NCBI RefSeq assembly: GCF_001194135.2 | Contig: NC_068984.1 | Coordinates: 121,690,998 to 121,754,997, forward strand | DNA from: Octopus bimaculoides | Lineage: Eukaryota | Length of the DNA: 64,000 nucleotides | Reading direction: 5' to 3' | Shown here: piece by piece, positions 51,937-63,710 of the stretch | Layout of the letters: the number at the start of each line of letters is the position of its first letter | Position numbering within the stretch: the stretch's first letter is position 1 | Notes under the pieces: model-generated | Seen by the model: the letters and a program-made list of their open reading frames with translations, nothing else | What the model was told of the DNA's origin: nothing | Databases searched by the model: none | Made by a program: the position numbers and the translations under genes

Positions 51937-51957
51937 TGTGTATTTATACTTTTAGAG

Positions 51958-52116
51958 ATGGAGGACACGAAGAAAGAGAATATCGCAAATTTGTTTGAGA
52001 AGCTGGATGTGTCTGAAGAAGAAGTCTACGTCCTGGCTTTGGATATCGGCACCACAATGATACGGGCTTACGTATATGATAGGAATATTAACATTGTAGG
52101 TTCATTTCACACGAAG
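51958..52116 (+). CDS. GK5: Glycerol kinase 5 (FGGY carbohydrate kinase), coding exon 1
   Basis: ATG at 51958 reads MEDTKKENIANLFEKLDVSEEEVYVLALDIGTTMIRAYVYDRNINIVGSFHTK (53 codons), with the FGGY phosphate-1 motif LALDIGTT. Donor AAG|GTTAGT at 52117, phase 0. Preceded by an acceptor-like tatttatacttttAG (51954-55). Confidence 0.9.
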
Positions 52117-52576
52117 GTTAGTTATCGATATCAAGTTTCTTAACTCTGTATGATCTTGTGACTACCATTTAATTTGTTTACGGCACCAATATAATTAATA
52201 AGTAACTTCCTCTATGTGATATGGTACCAATATTAATAACTCACTTCCTACTTCCGTTCTCTTTCTCTCTCTCTCTCTCTCTTTCTTTCTTTCCCACTCT
52301 CTTTTTCTCTCTCCCTTTCTCCCCCTCCCACTCTCTTTTTCTCTCTCCCTCTCTCCCCCTCCCACTCTCTTTCTCTCTCCCCTCTCTCCCCCTCTCTGGT
52401 TCATCTTCTCTCTATCACTGTTTTCATGCACTGAGCTGGGTGAGGCTTCTTCTCAGTCCATTCTTCTACCTCCTCCTCCAGAATCAGTGCAGCATATGTT
52501 GTGTTTATGTGTATATATACATGAATGTATGTAACATACATATGTTTGCATACATGATGCAAGCATATATACATAC

Positions 52577-52621
<45 letters not shown>

Positions 52622-53455
52622 CACACACATACATACTACACACACACACACATACTTTGGGTTAAGCAAAAACATGTATGTCTACATATTTAACATATTT
52701 ACATGCATCATCATCATCATTTATCTTTATCCCTATCTCATTTCATAATCTCTGCTAACTATTCAACATCTGCAGGATGTTCCCACTTCCCCATGGAGAA
52801 ATGCCCCACTTAGCAAGCATCTCCTTACCCCTTTCCCAAACCACCTTTTACCCAGAACCACTCCCTGCATTTTTCTTCCTGTCTAGAGTCCCCACCTCAC
52901 ACGTCTAGAACCTCCCCACTTCATACAAAACAAACACTCACCCACCCAGAACTATACTTCTACTCAAACCTAACCCTTATCTTTGTTGCTTTGGGCCATT
53001 TTTCTCTGTCTTTTCTCCATTCTAACTCACTCACTCTCTCCCCTCTCCTCATCTCTTTCATTTCTCTGTAACTTAAGAGCATCTGAATAACTCATTCATC
53101 AAATGATGAGTTGACTCTGCTACCAGGTGCTGAGCCCTTAGACAAGACACACTACGCTTAGCTTTTATTATAGCTGTGTAATGGTTTTCAAATACTCTTT
53201 CACCGTTCAGTTTTTCTTAATTAGCTGAAGGATGTGTAGACATTCATTTATTCGGCTTTTGTTGTTAAGTCACAGGTCAGCTCTGATTGAACAGACTAAA
53301 AGTCATTTCAGGCATGACCATCCTAACTGTTTTCTTTATATCAGGGATTACATTATCCAATGTATCCTTCCCTTTTTTTAAGCCTAGATGAGAGAAAGAT
53401 TTGTCTGCTATTTTAGCAAGTTGACCAGAGCAAGCATGTAGAGAAGCCCTCATTT

Positions 53456-53990
53456 GCTCATCATCTATCAGACTGTAATACCCATTGGTTCAATCTTGCT
53501 TGCTTCATGCTCTTGCTTGATGGGGCTGGGGTTATCCTTGGTTGATGGTCCCAGAGGCATCATTGTGTGTGGGGCCAACCAGGTCCACCAGTGCTCCCCA
53601 TCGCTGGTGGTCCCATACCAGCCTCTCTACATCCTCTAAGATGATGTCAAGCCTTTGGAGATTTTGCTTAATCACATCCAGCTATCTGGTATGGAGCCTA
53701 CCACGGGGCCTCTTCCAGCCTGCAGTTGCTGTGTTGAATGAGAGTAAAGCTCTTGTAGGATGATCTGGTGGGAGGCAGAAGACATGTCCATACCAGTGCA
53801 TGCAGCAGATAGGTATGAGGTGAGAAGGCTGCAGGCTGATGCATGTGCACATGCAATTCTTTATTGGAAATGTGATGGTACCATTTGATGTTTTTGAGAG
53901 TTCTCAGGGCTTTGCTATCACGTGATTAGTTAGATCATTGATTGAAAAGCAATCATCAGCACATTCAGCCACTGAATGTGCTGGTTATTG
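53456..53990 (-). mobile_element. RTE-clade LINE 3' fragment, antisense in GK5 intron 1
   Basis: Minus strand WYGHVFCLPPDHPTRALL...GWKRPRGRLHTR*LDVIKQNL...RWGALV, the RTE WxGHV...RPRGRP..RW terminus with one TGG-to-TAG stop. (GAT)-like tail near 53460. Confidence 0.8.
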
Positions 53991-53999
53991 CTGTTTCTT

Positions 54000-54280
54000 T
54001 TCATTTCTTTTATCACTTCTTCAGTGACTTGCACACCCTCTCCATCGAGGGCCACCTAGCCTACTTAGCTTTCCTTCTCCCATTGTGCTCTCTCACTGAG
54101 TCACTGTTCCAAGATTTGTACCAAACACTTCCCCCTCTCCTTTTTACCCTGGAGTGCAACCATCTGGAATCCTCTCTTTCTTTGCCCATGTTTTTCCTGA
54201 AATCATTGATCCACAAATTAGAAATGTTAAAACTGAACTTCAATTTCCGCAACCTGAAATGTCATGGCCACTGGCCCTCT
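54000..54280 (+). mobile_element. Degraded CR1-group LINE 3' end
   Basis: FLPWSATIWNPL...FPEIIDPQ resembles the SFFP.T...WN.LP...FP...D.Q C-terminus of CR1-group ORF2. Frameshifted. Confidence 0.4.
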
Positions 54281-54417
54281 TAGTAACTTTAAAAGAAAAA
54301 CAGAACAGAAGAAAAAAAAAAAAAANNNNNNNNNNNNNNNNNNNNNNNNNNNNNNNNNNNNNNNNNNNNNNNNNNNNNNNNNNNNNNNNNNNNNNNNNNN
54401 NNNNNNNNNNNNNNNNN

Positions 54418-54460
<43 letters not shown>

Positions 54461-55391
54461 AGCAAGAATATATAATTGGCAATTAATACTAAGTAATTAT
54501 TTATCAAAGACGAATTAAAAGTATATTATTACAGAAAAAATTAAAATTATGTTTGGATACTAAACTGACTCTCACACCCACACCCTCAACATATCCTGCC
54601 TCTCATTTTTATTCTTACTTCTTGCTAAGTTTTCTCTACCCTTTCCTAAAACTATATACTTGACACTTTTTTTTTTTTTTCAAACTTTCATCTCCCTGAA
54701 CTTGCAGCGCTTTGGAAGCTACACTTTGAGCAAAGAAAACCTTTCAAAAGTTCAAATTAAACATCTGCCATGTCTCTTTACCCAAATTTTTTCTGATTTA
54801 TCATACAGAAAAGTCTACATGATCTATGGACATTCACCTTCTTCATTGGATTACCTAGCAAAATACATATGTGTATGTGTGTGTGTGTCTGTGCGTGCAT
54901 GCACACACACACACACACACACACACATGCTCTTACATACAAGCATATGCATACTGAGTTCATATGCAACTTTCTGAATTTCTGAACAGCTGTATATTGT
55001 CAATGGAAGATTGCACTGACAATAAGAAAATATTGTGAGATGATTGAGGTAGGTTACATTAATTTAGGATACAAATTGAATGAAGACTACTTAGTGTAAG
55101 CTTGAAAAGATTTGGTTTTCTAGATGAGATGCAGCTGGACCGAGATGAACAGAGACATACCAAACATACTGTGCTGTAGATCTGTTCAACTCTATGCCAG
55201 CATGGATACTTGAATTATTTGACTGGAGGAAGTGTAATGGCTGTAAGATTAAATTCTATTATCATAGTTTGAACCACTTATCTTTTTAGTAGCACTATGG
55301 CAATTAATGGACAATCAGGACTGACATGAAGCTGCACAACAAACAGTCATGTGTCAACCATTCGATCTTTTGATGGGCCTGCAAATTTATA

Positions 55392-56045
55392 TTGGGTCGT
55401 CCCATAAATAATGCGTTTTTTCAAATTATGTAAACTAGAAGTTGGAGGTGGATGGGATAAACTACCTGCATCAATTTGCTATAAAAGCAGGTTATAATTT
55501 TACCTTGTGCTTATTTTTACTGCAAGTTTTGAAGAGTGCAGTTTGATTTTAAGTTTATTTTGTCAAAGCTATAATTGAAGTGAGCATATTTGGCATATTT
55601 TGCTTTATGAGTTCAAAAAAGGCAACAATGCATCAGAAAGTGTAAAGAATATTAATGCAGCATACAGGGATTGGACAATAAGTGTAAGCCAGTGTCAACG
55701 GTGGTTCCAGAAATTCTGAGCTGGAAACTACAGCCTAGAAGATGAGCTTTGTCTTGGAAGATCTGTTATAGCTCGATGAAGATGTCCTGCAATCCCTGGT
55801 GGAACAAAATCCCATCGTAACTGTTGAGGAACTAACAGAGAAGCTTGAATTTGGTCATTCAACCATACATTGGTACCTGCGTGCCATTAGAAAAGTCAGC
55901 AAATTGGATCAATGGGTTCCTCACAAACATTCTGAGTCTAATCGCGTTCAGAGAGTGAATGTGTGCTCTTCTTTGCTGTCATGTCTCATGAAAGAACCTT
56001 TTTTTGGACTGAATAGAGAATGGTGACAAGAAATGGGTTCTCTTA
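55392..56045 (+). mobile_element. Mariner 5' half, truncated, in GK5 intron 1
   Basis: TA|TTGGGTCGTCCCATAAATAATGCG left TIR. HIWHILLYEFKKGNNASE...QCQRWFQKF (HTH), LVEQNPIVTVEEL, KLDQWVPH, ending just after GDKKWVL (D1). No right TIR. Confidence 0.85.
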
Positions 56046-56984
56046 GGAATGAGAAATTTCCCCAAGACACCTGATGAGGGCTGGAGAGTATATCATCCAA
56101 AACATGTTAACAACAAACAAGATGAGGACAAATACCTATCTAATGTAAATAATGAAAATCAGTGTATTTTAACAGAAATAAGGTAATAAAAGGATTACAT
56201 AAAACAAAATATAAAAAGCTACAACAAAATTGAGTTGTGGCTGCTTTACATCTAATAGATTGGAATAAGCAAAGTCAGTTGTATCTGCTTTTATCTAGAT
56301 AGACAGGGGTAAATACTGTAGTTTGTCTTGCCTATGGTCACTTTGTAAATATATAAAGTCAGAGTTGTACTTACTTATCATCTAAAGAGATCAAATTAGC
56401 TAGAGCTATGTAGCCCAAGTTGTAACCCAAGGCCTCGTTGTAGTTCAGTATAACACCTGTTCTAATCTATCGACTTCAACAAACATACAAATGGCAAAAG
56501 CTTTCACTTCTTAATAGACTCAGTGGTTTATAAGTGATTAATGGGTTCTTAAGATGTCAAGTGATTAGCAGACTTTTAACAAAACAAATAGTTAACAAGC
56601 TGTTTTAATAAACCTGAGGTATGTAAGTTCAAACTGTGTTCAAATTACGTCCCCTGGTGTTTCAGACAATACAAATTTACTTGTATATACCAACACAGAA
56701 ATATCTCTTCCACTTCTCAGTTGTGTGTTTAGTTGTATGAAGGATGCTCAATGATTTAAAGAAACACTTACTCAGTCAATTCAAATGTAAATGTAAAAAT
56801 TTGCTGACCCAACCAACCCATGTTAGTGTGGATAAGTGGATGTTAAAATCATTAGCAAGAAAAACAGTTTCCACTATTTAACAGTGATTTTTCTAAGATA
56901 GTTTTTGTTTTGTTTTCTTTTTATACATTTTACCAAATTTTAATCCCTAAAGATTGCTGAACTTTCCTTTGACCCCCACTTCAG

Positions 56985-57078
56985 GCAAAAGTACTTCATC
57001 CTCAGCCGACGTTCTGTGAGATTGAACCAGACACATTGTACAATCAAGTTCTATATTGTCTAGATGGCTGTATAAAAA
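56985..57078 (+). CDS. GK5: GK5 coding exon 2 (94 nt)
   Basis: cccacttcAG|GCA...AAAA|GTAAGT. Reads AKVLHPQPTFCEIEPDTLYNQVLYCLDGCIK plus 1 nt, matching the FGGY P-x-x-x-x-x-E-x-x-P-x-x-L segment. Frame-compatible with exons 1 and 3. Confidence 0.88.
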
Positions 57079-57639
57079 GTAAGTTTTATTTTATTTGTCT
57101 AACTATCAAGATTTATCTCTATTACAGAAGGCCTTCTCAACATGTTGTATGGCATTGCCATGTCCACCTTGGACTGCGCATCATTTTGATTTTGTTATCT
57201 GTCCACAATATCACCTTCTTAAACAGTACCCAGCAGCATAGAGCTATTTGAGAACATATAAGTAGAATGCTTGGCTGTTGGTTTGTTAACTCTGTATCTC
57301 ACCATCCATAAAAACACAGGGAATGATGAACCAAAGAGGAAGACTCTACATGGTCACTATGAACATGCCAGAAATAGCTACCAAATCTCTCTCACATCAC
57401 ATTTACCATCTATATGAAGAAAAGGACATATTGGATAAAATAGTCCTAGACACACTAAATGAAAATAAACAGGATGATCAGTGCTGTAGCATCTTTGGTT
57501 ATCTGGATAAAAAATAATTGGATTAAACAACAACAAAGGATAGCAGCAACTGTTGATAAAATAAAGCTAATTCAGAGCCATAACCTCTTTAGTTCCCTAT
57601 GTGGAAAGGACTATGTTTATATGAGCCCAAAAGTAACCT

Positions 57640-57850
57640 GTATGTAAGTGGTTGACCTACTAGAATTAGCACCTAATCTCCCTCAAATCAAACTGTACCA
57701 TCTTGAATAAGTAAAGAACATATTGGATTATGTAGTCCTATATATATATATATATATATACACACTCTTGAAAAGATGGAGTGGTGACAGTTGGAATGCC
57801 TTTGATAATAGATCTGTTTTGTTTGGATTGATCTGGATATAAGCAACAAC
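57640..57850 (+). mobile_element. Diverged SINE 3' part (family E)
   Basis: AATCTCCCTCAAATC...TTGGATTATGTAGTCCTA...GGAATGCCTTTGAT...CAACAAC. Same motifs at ~10450-10625, 21170-21365, 25630-25790, 27080-27470 (-), 38860-39040, 40200-40390, 53260-53420 (-), 57360-57480 and 58850-59040 (-). Confidence 0.65.
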
Positions 57851-57966
57851 ATTGCCTATGTACATAATAATGTTTATATTCTCCTGTGTAGAGGAAGACT
57901 GTAGCAACATGCTGTTACTATGAAGCTTATCCTCTTTTTAAATGTTGTGATTTATTTCCTTTATAG

Positions 57967-58042
57967 ATTCTGGATTGACTTATAGCCAGATAACCTGCAT
58001 GGGTATGGCAACACAGAGGAACACTTTTATTACTTGGGACAG
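57967..58042 (+). CDS. GK5: GK5 coding exon 3 (76 nt)
   Basis: ttcctttatAG|AT...GACAG|GTAAGT. Reads (N)SGLTYSQITCMGMATQRNTFITWD(R), containing the GK5-type TQRxTFITW motif (NQRET in canonical glycerol kinases). Phase 1 to phase 2. Confidence 0.92.
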
Positions 58043-58673
58043 GTAAGTCTGACTGTATTTAAGACAGGTGAGTAGTTTGGATAGACCAATAGTCATTGGA
58101 AATGGCAAATAGGTTTGATTGGGAATTGGTTACAGGGACTGGTATGTTATGCAGGGCATTACTCAGCAATGATATTTTCCAGTGAATCCATTGAATCCAT
58201 CACTATTATATAAGAAACAATAATACTAATTAAAGAAAATACACTTCTGTGCTAGCAGTGGCTGGTATAATTTAGTATGTTTGTGTTTAACTGAGTTTTC
58301 TAATATAGACATATATCAGTGAAAATAGAATTCAGTGAGTTTGTAATACCTGGTGATACTGCTATATTTTTCTCATATATTAACCACGGGACTCAACGTA
58401 CCTACCAATACTAATGATCATTTGGACAAAAGAGTAGATTTGAATGAAATCAGTTGTGTAGTTCTTGTGTTTTAGGGATTCACACACACAAACACATTCT
58501 CATCTTTATATATAGAGAGATAAATAAATGTCAGCTTACTTTAGGACCTGAATCTGGAAATAGGACTAACAATGAGGTTTATTTATTAACAAATGGAAAG
58601 TCATAAATCAAAAATAGCTTTTTTTTTTTTTTGTAGAAAAACTGTGGTTTTAACTTTAGAAATTCTGCTAGAC

Positions 58674-58834
58674 CAGTGTTCTGCAACTAGTATACCATGG
58701 CATACTGGTGAGCCACAGTATAACCTGAATATTTTTTTCTCTATAGTTTTAGTTATATTTTTAGTTCAGGTGTGCTGCTGAATTTTGAAAGGAATATAAG
58801 TGTACCACAAATGAAAAAAGGTTGTGAAGCATTG
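58674..58834. mobile_element. hAT-type MITE, second copy (161 bp) in GK5 intron 3
   Basis: Colinear with the 12095 copy apart from an internal deletion. TIRs CAGTGTTCTGCAAC / GTTGTGAAGCATTG. 8-bp TSD TGCTAGAC at 58666-58673 and 58835-58842. Confidence 0.85.
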
Positions 58835-61317
58835 TGCTAGACTGTAGTTGTTAGAGGTTAGAGGTTAGCCCTGAATGAACAGATGTATGATCAAGGGTGT
58901 ATCACCTATAATTATCCCATCCTTTTTTTGTTTTTTTTTTAATAGTATATCTAGAATCACATAATCCATGTATGTCTCTCTCTTTTAAAGGGATGGGTTG
59001 TGATTTGAGAGAGATTAGCTGTTTAAGACAGCTCTTTGTCATGAGAGGTTCTCTTGTTAATCTATATCCTTGTTATTTCAAGGAGAGTTTGATGGTTAAA
59101 CAAGTTATAATTATTCTATTGTTATACTGTGCAGTGAGTTATTTTGAATCACTGACTTATAATTACTGTAAAATATGAAACTGCATAACAATGTATGATT
59201 AATTACTATTATGTATAGAGTTTCACGCTATTTACTTTAATCAACTTATGTCAATGAAATTTTTCTTCCATTCCACCAGAGATTTTCTTGTAATTATTAA
59301 GTTGGTAAAAGTGGAAGAGTACCTATTACCTTCTCAGCCCCACCCCTATACCAGTACGATCAACAGGGTTTGTGATGTATGTGACAGAAAGGGGAAAAAA
59401 TGGGCAGAGTGAGAATTCTTAGGAATATTGGGCAAAACATTGAATATGAGATCTAGGAGATGTCACTCAGTATGAAAGATAGCAGTGAGGACATAGATTT
59501 TATACAGATTGCAAGGGCGATCCTTTGTTTTGACTCGGTCAGTTGACCTCTGTCTTTTGTTCCACTATCTGTGTGTATGTGCTTGTTCTTGTTTGTGTGG
59601 TGTGTGTACATGCTTGTTCCTCTGTGTGTGTACGTGCTTGTTCTTGTGTGTGTGTGTGTGCAACACATAAATACATAAAAAAAAACAAGCATACAAACAC
59701 ATACACATAAAAACAAGCATGCTCATATACATACACACAAAGAGGAACAAGCATGCACACACAACCAATTAGCTTTCTCTTCCCAATTTTACAGAGGTCA
59801 ACTGACAGTTGACAAGACAACATGTGGTCACGGAAACTACCGAATTCATTGTTTACATTTTTAGAGCCAAAGCGAAGGATTGCAATTGCAAGATCAGAGG
59901 AGTAAAGTAATAGAAAAGACAAGAAGAAACAATATATCTTTGAGCAAGTTTGGATTAAGGCTGACTGATGTTCTAAGCACAGCCTAACAATGATTCCCAC
60001 TCAGTCTTTCCACTGTATAACAAACCATGAAATGTAACATTGAAACATTTAAATATAATAAATGCTGAATGTGAATTAATAGATTAAAAATGCAGTTTTC
60101 TTCTAAGCCATCTCTCAGGCTTAAAGTATCATCTCAGATTATACTTTATAAAGTAGCTGAATATTCTATGCTATTGATTGTGGAAAGCAACTGAGTACAT
60201 CTTCTCTGAGGAGCAGTAAAAAGAAACTGGAACATTCCATCAAGAGACTCTCTGCTTCTTTTTTCCACATATCAAAAGCATAGGAGGAATGCATTACATG
60301 CTTGTATTTTTCTCACAGCTGGGCTCTCTGGTTTTTACATTTAAGTCCTTCTGTTTCATTCTGTGTTGAGAAATAAAACATTTTCTACAAAAACAAAAAT
60401 TCATTGCAAATAATTTTTCTAAAGAAATCAGTGTTGGTTGTGAGTTGTATTTTAAAGAAAAACCTAATGAAGAAATATTTCTATGAAACAAAATATCTTT
60501 TATTCCATTTGTTTTTCCCCTTAAAGTCACCTAGCATTTCAGCATATTATGTATCAAAAGATGCAAATTGTTGTTTACTTATAACTTTATTTATACTTTT
60601 AGAAGTTTTCTAATTTTTTTTAAATTATATGGTCTTTGATTGAGTTCTTAAAATTAATCCAGCGTAACAAATCTGTTTCTGTACTCAGCAGAGACAGGGT
60701 ATCCAGCTTGTCTTGTCACATAGTTGTTTAATATGCTTCAACTGAAAGACCTAGACTAACTCACATTTGTAATCATGTTCTATTTAACTCTGGGTGTGTG
60801 TGTGTGTGTCTATGTGTGTTCTTTTCTCATTTATTGTGTGTGTAAGAGGTTTCTTTTTGTGGAGTCCCTGTTCAATTGTACCATTTGCCCCAAAATTAAC
60901 CCAGCACTAAAAAATGCTCCCTGGTGCTCCCTTCCTTTGGTGTCCTAAACATGGGCTTATTTTACTGAATATTTAAGCCAGTACTGCCTAAGAGAGAGCG
61001 ACTGTAATATGTTAGTGAGTTCTTTGTTAGCTAGTCAGATTGTTTGTCTATGATGTTTGTGAGACAGTTGAGCCTTATCATCATCTCCAATATGTAAAGA
61101 CAAAATAAACACCAATAATTTAGTAAAGTTGACCCAGTTAATTATTATTTTCATATTTATAAAATCATCTTTGATCATAGTTACTAAAAATGATATATTA
61201 AACCTGTGGTTTTTGTTTTTAGAAATCTTTTGTGAAATTTGTATTATCCTAACTATTTGCCCTGACTGTCTGTCTTGTTCCTTCTTCATGTTTAAATTTG
61301 GACATACTAAATTTTAG

Positions 61318-61411
61318 AGAGACTGGTAAACCCTTCCATAACTTCATCACCTGGCAAGACTTAAGAGGAAAAGAATATGTCAAAGACTGGAATCATTCAT
61401 ACACAATGAAG
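61318..61411 (+). CDS. GK5: GK5 coding exon 4 (94 nt)
   Basis: aaattttAG|A...ATGAAG|GTAATT. Reads (R)ETGKPFHNFITWQDLRGKEYVKDWNHSYTMK, containing the FGGY WQDxR motif. Phase 2 to phase 0. Confidence 0.93.
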
Positions 61412-61833
61412 GTAATTTTTTTACATGGCCATTCTTTTCTTTTTGTAAAGTACTGTATAGTAGCTTACATTCTTTAACATTTTCATATTAGTTTGTTTTA
61501 GACTCTCATTACATAACCATAATGGTTATATTCTGTATGTACACTGCAATTCTTCCTTTAAGTTGTCATTTTCCCTGTCAACAAATCATCCACTAGCACA
61601 GTGCTTTCAAAGACATGGAATAAGAGATCTCTTACATAAAAAATGTGTAAGAATTAGTGATAGGAAGAGCATCTGGCATTAAATGCCTCAATAATATATT
61701 CATCCATCCCATATTAGAATGGGAAAATGGACATTAGAAAATGAAATGAAATAAGTCTTTAACTTATAATATATCTCTTTTCTTTCTGATGGTATTAACA
61801 TTTATATATCTTTCTTTCTTCATATTTATAAAG

Positions 61834-61923
61834 GCCTTAAACACAGGAGCAAAGCTATTACATACATTCACCAGAAGTCCGCGACACTTAGCTGCCAGTG
61901 TTCTTAGATTCCTATCACCTCAA
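61834..61923 (+). CDS. GK5: GK5 coding exon 5 (90 nt)
   Basis: catatttataaAG|GCC...CAA|GTAAGA. Reads ALNTGAKLLHTFTRSPRHLAASVLRFLSPQ, matching the GK5-specific insert recalled as LHFFTRSKRLFTAS in vertebrates. Confidence 0.88.
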
Positions 61924-63002
61924 GTAAGAATGAACATTTCCTAATGATAATTTTTTTTTCTTATCAATAACTAAGATGGTAAAAACACTAGAGCACCAAA
62001 CTAAATAGCTTACTGTATTTTAATTTTATTCCTCTGTATTCTTGATGGAAATTAGACTAATTCTGGTTTTGAGTTCCATCTCATCTGGGTTCATTTAAGT
62101 GACTATCTCCCTATTTGTTTTTTTGTATTATATACATCCATAAACAATAAACCTCTTTGAATGTATATCTTAAAGTAGTAGGTGTCAACAACCCAGTCAG
62201 TCATTCTCTACGCTGTCAAAACTGAGACTGACAAGAGGATACTTCTGATCAGTTGTGAGGTGACACCTCTCACTTGCAATTTCTTCACCATATTGTGATG
62301 CAATGGAAAAATAAATTCTGGTCAGGTCTAACTTACAATCACAGAAAAGCTCTGGAGATGAAATAAACACGTGTTATAAGTGAATCTGAAGTCTCTACCT
62401 TTTGTAAGGCTGCAACATTAATAATGCTGATAATAAAGAGCTATAATGTTAGATCTTACAGCTTGGAAATTATTACCAGAAACATGGCACAAAAGAAATA
62501 AAAAGCAAAACTAGATCTTTGGTGATATGGCATTGCAATAATAATAATGATTTCAAATTTTGGCACAAGGCCAGCAATTTTAGTAGAGGGGTAAGTCAAT
62601 TACATTGACCACAGTGTTCATATTGTACTTATTTTATTGACCCCCGAAAGGATGCAAGGTAAAGCCAACTTCAACAAAATTTGAACTCAGAGTATAAAGA
62701 GTCAGAAGAAATGCCTGTTTGTCACCTTAGTGATTATAATAGCAATAATGGTTTTTATTATTGCCACATGGTTATGAAATAGTGACATTAAAAGCACAAA
62801 ATGGTGAGATTTTTTCAAACAATATATTATAGTGTTTTAGAATATTTTGAGACCCATAAATGGATCTTCGTAAATATTGTTGTAATGTGTGATATTTAAA
62901 TTAGATTTTACACACACATATACATTCACATACCTACATACATTTTCTCTGCTATTAATGCCATCTCTCTCTTTTCATTTCTTTCTTGAAACCTGCTTTT
63001 AG

Positions 63003-63044
63003 GTGACAATGCGTCTAAAATGGCTCTTGAACCATAATGAACTG
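63003..63044 (+). CDS. GK5: GK5 coding exon 6 (42 nt); gene continues beyond window
   Basis: ctgcttttAG|GTG...CTG|GTACGT. Reads VTMRLKWLLNHNEL, the FGGY RLxWxLxN motif. Phase 0 at both ends. No further matching exon found before 64000. Confidence 0.85.
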
Positions 63045-63493
63045 GTACGTAATGAAACCTAATGTCTTTAATGAAGTATGGACATCATGTAATCCCATTC
63101 CCCTCTCTCTTACAAATCATATATTACCCAGGGTGGTATATAACTGGAAGCACTTCAAGGAGATACGGTTCACCCTGTCCTTAGTAAATATCACAAGGTG
63201 ATACAGTCCACCTCACTCTGCTGCTAGGGATACATAACTCCTTTATTGTTAGCATTCACTATTGAATGATATCATTCATCAACCTGTGGGTTACTGCTGT
63301 GTAGTGAAGTTCACTTAGTTGTATATTCATACCACATGTTGATCTCTTTCTTGGCTGTAAATAACACAAGTATTTTGAAATTGACAAATTATTTGTTTTC
63401 TTGTATTACTGAATTTAGTTCTTTGTGCAGGGGAAGCTACTTACAATAGATTAAGGTCCTAACCTGGAAGAGATTTATCGTTTATCCATTTAA

Positions 63494-63710
63494 CCCTTTT
63501 GATACCAACCCATCTGAAACAATCCTTGGTTGTATGATGCAATCCTCTGTATTAAAGTGATCTAAATTTAAGCCTATCAAAATTTCATGTTAATTTTATG
63601 TTCCAATCACTAGCTTAATAATGACAGTTAATTTATTAAATTCTTCATTATTTTCAAAATTAATTGAGACAAAAGATGTATATTCCCACAGAAATATGGT
63701 AATAAAAGGG
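63494..63710. mobile_element. piggyBac-like MITE (217 bp) in GK5 intron 6
   Basis: TTAA TSD at 63490-93 and 63711-14. TIRs CCCTTTTGATACCA / TGGTAATAAAAGGG (12 of 14 match). Partial relatives at ~9630-9860 and 33678-33810. Confidence 0.8.

Noticed and set aside
56530-56620. Intronic C/D-box snoRNA (GTGATTA ... GTGATTA ... CTGA)
   Set aside because: Both C-like boxes deviate from RTGATGA, no D' box precedes C', and the terminal stem is negligible.
63431-63460. Next GK5 exon after the acceptor-like ctttgtgcAG
   Set aside because: The required phase-0 frame reads GKLLTID* and does not resemble the expected FGT(I/V)DTWL segment.
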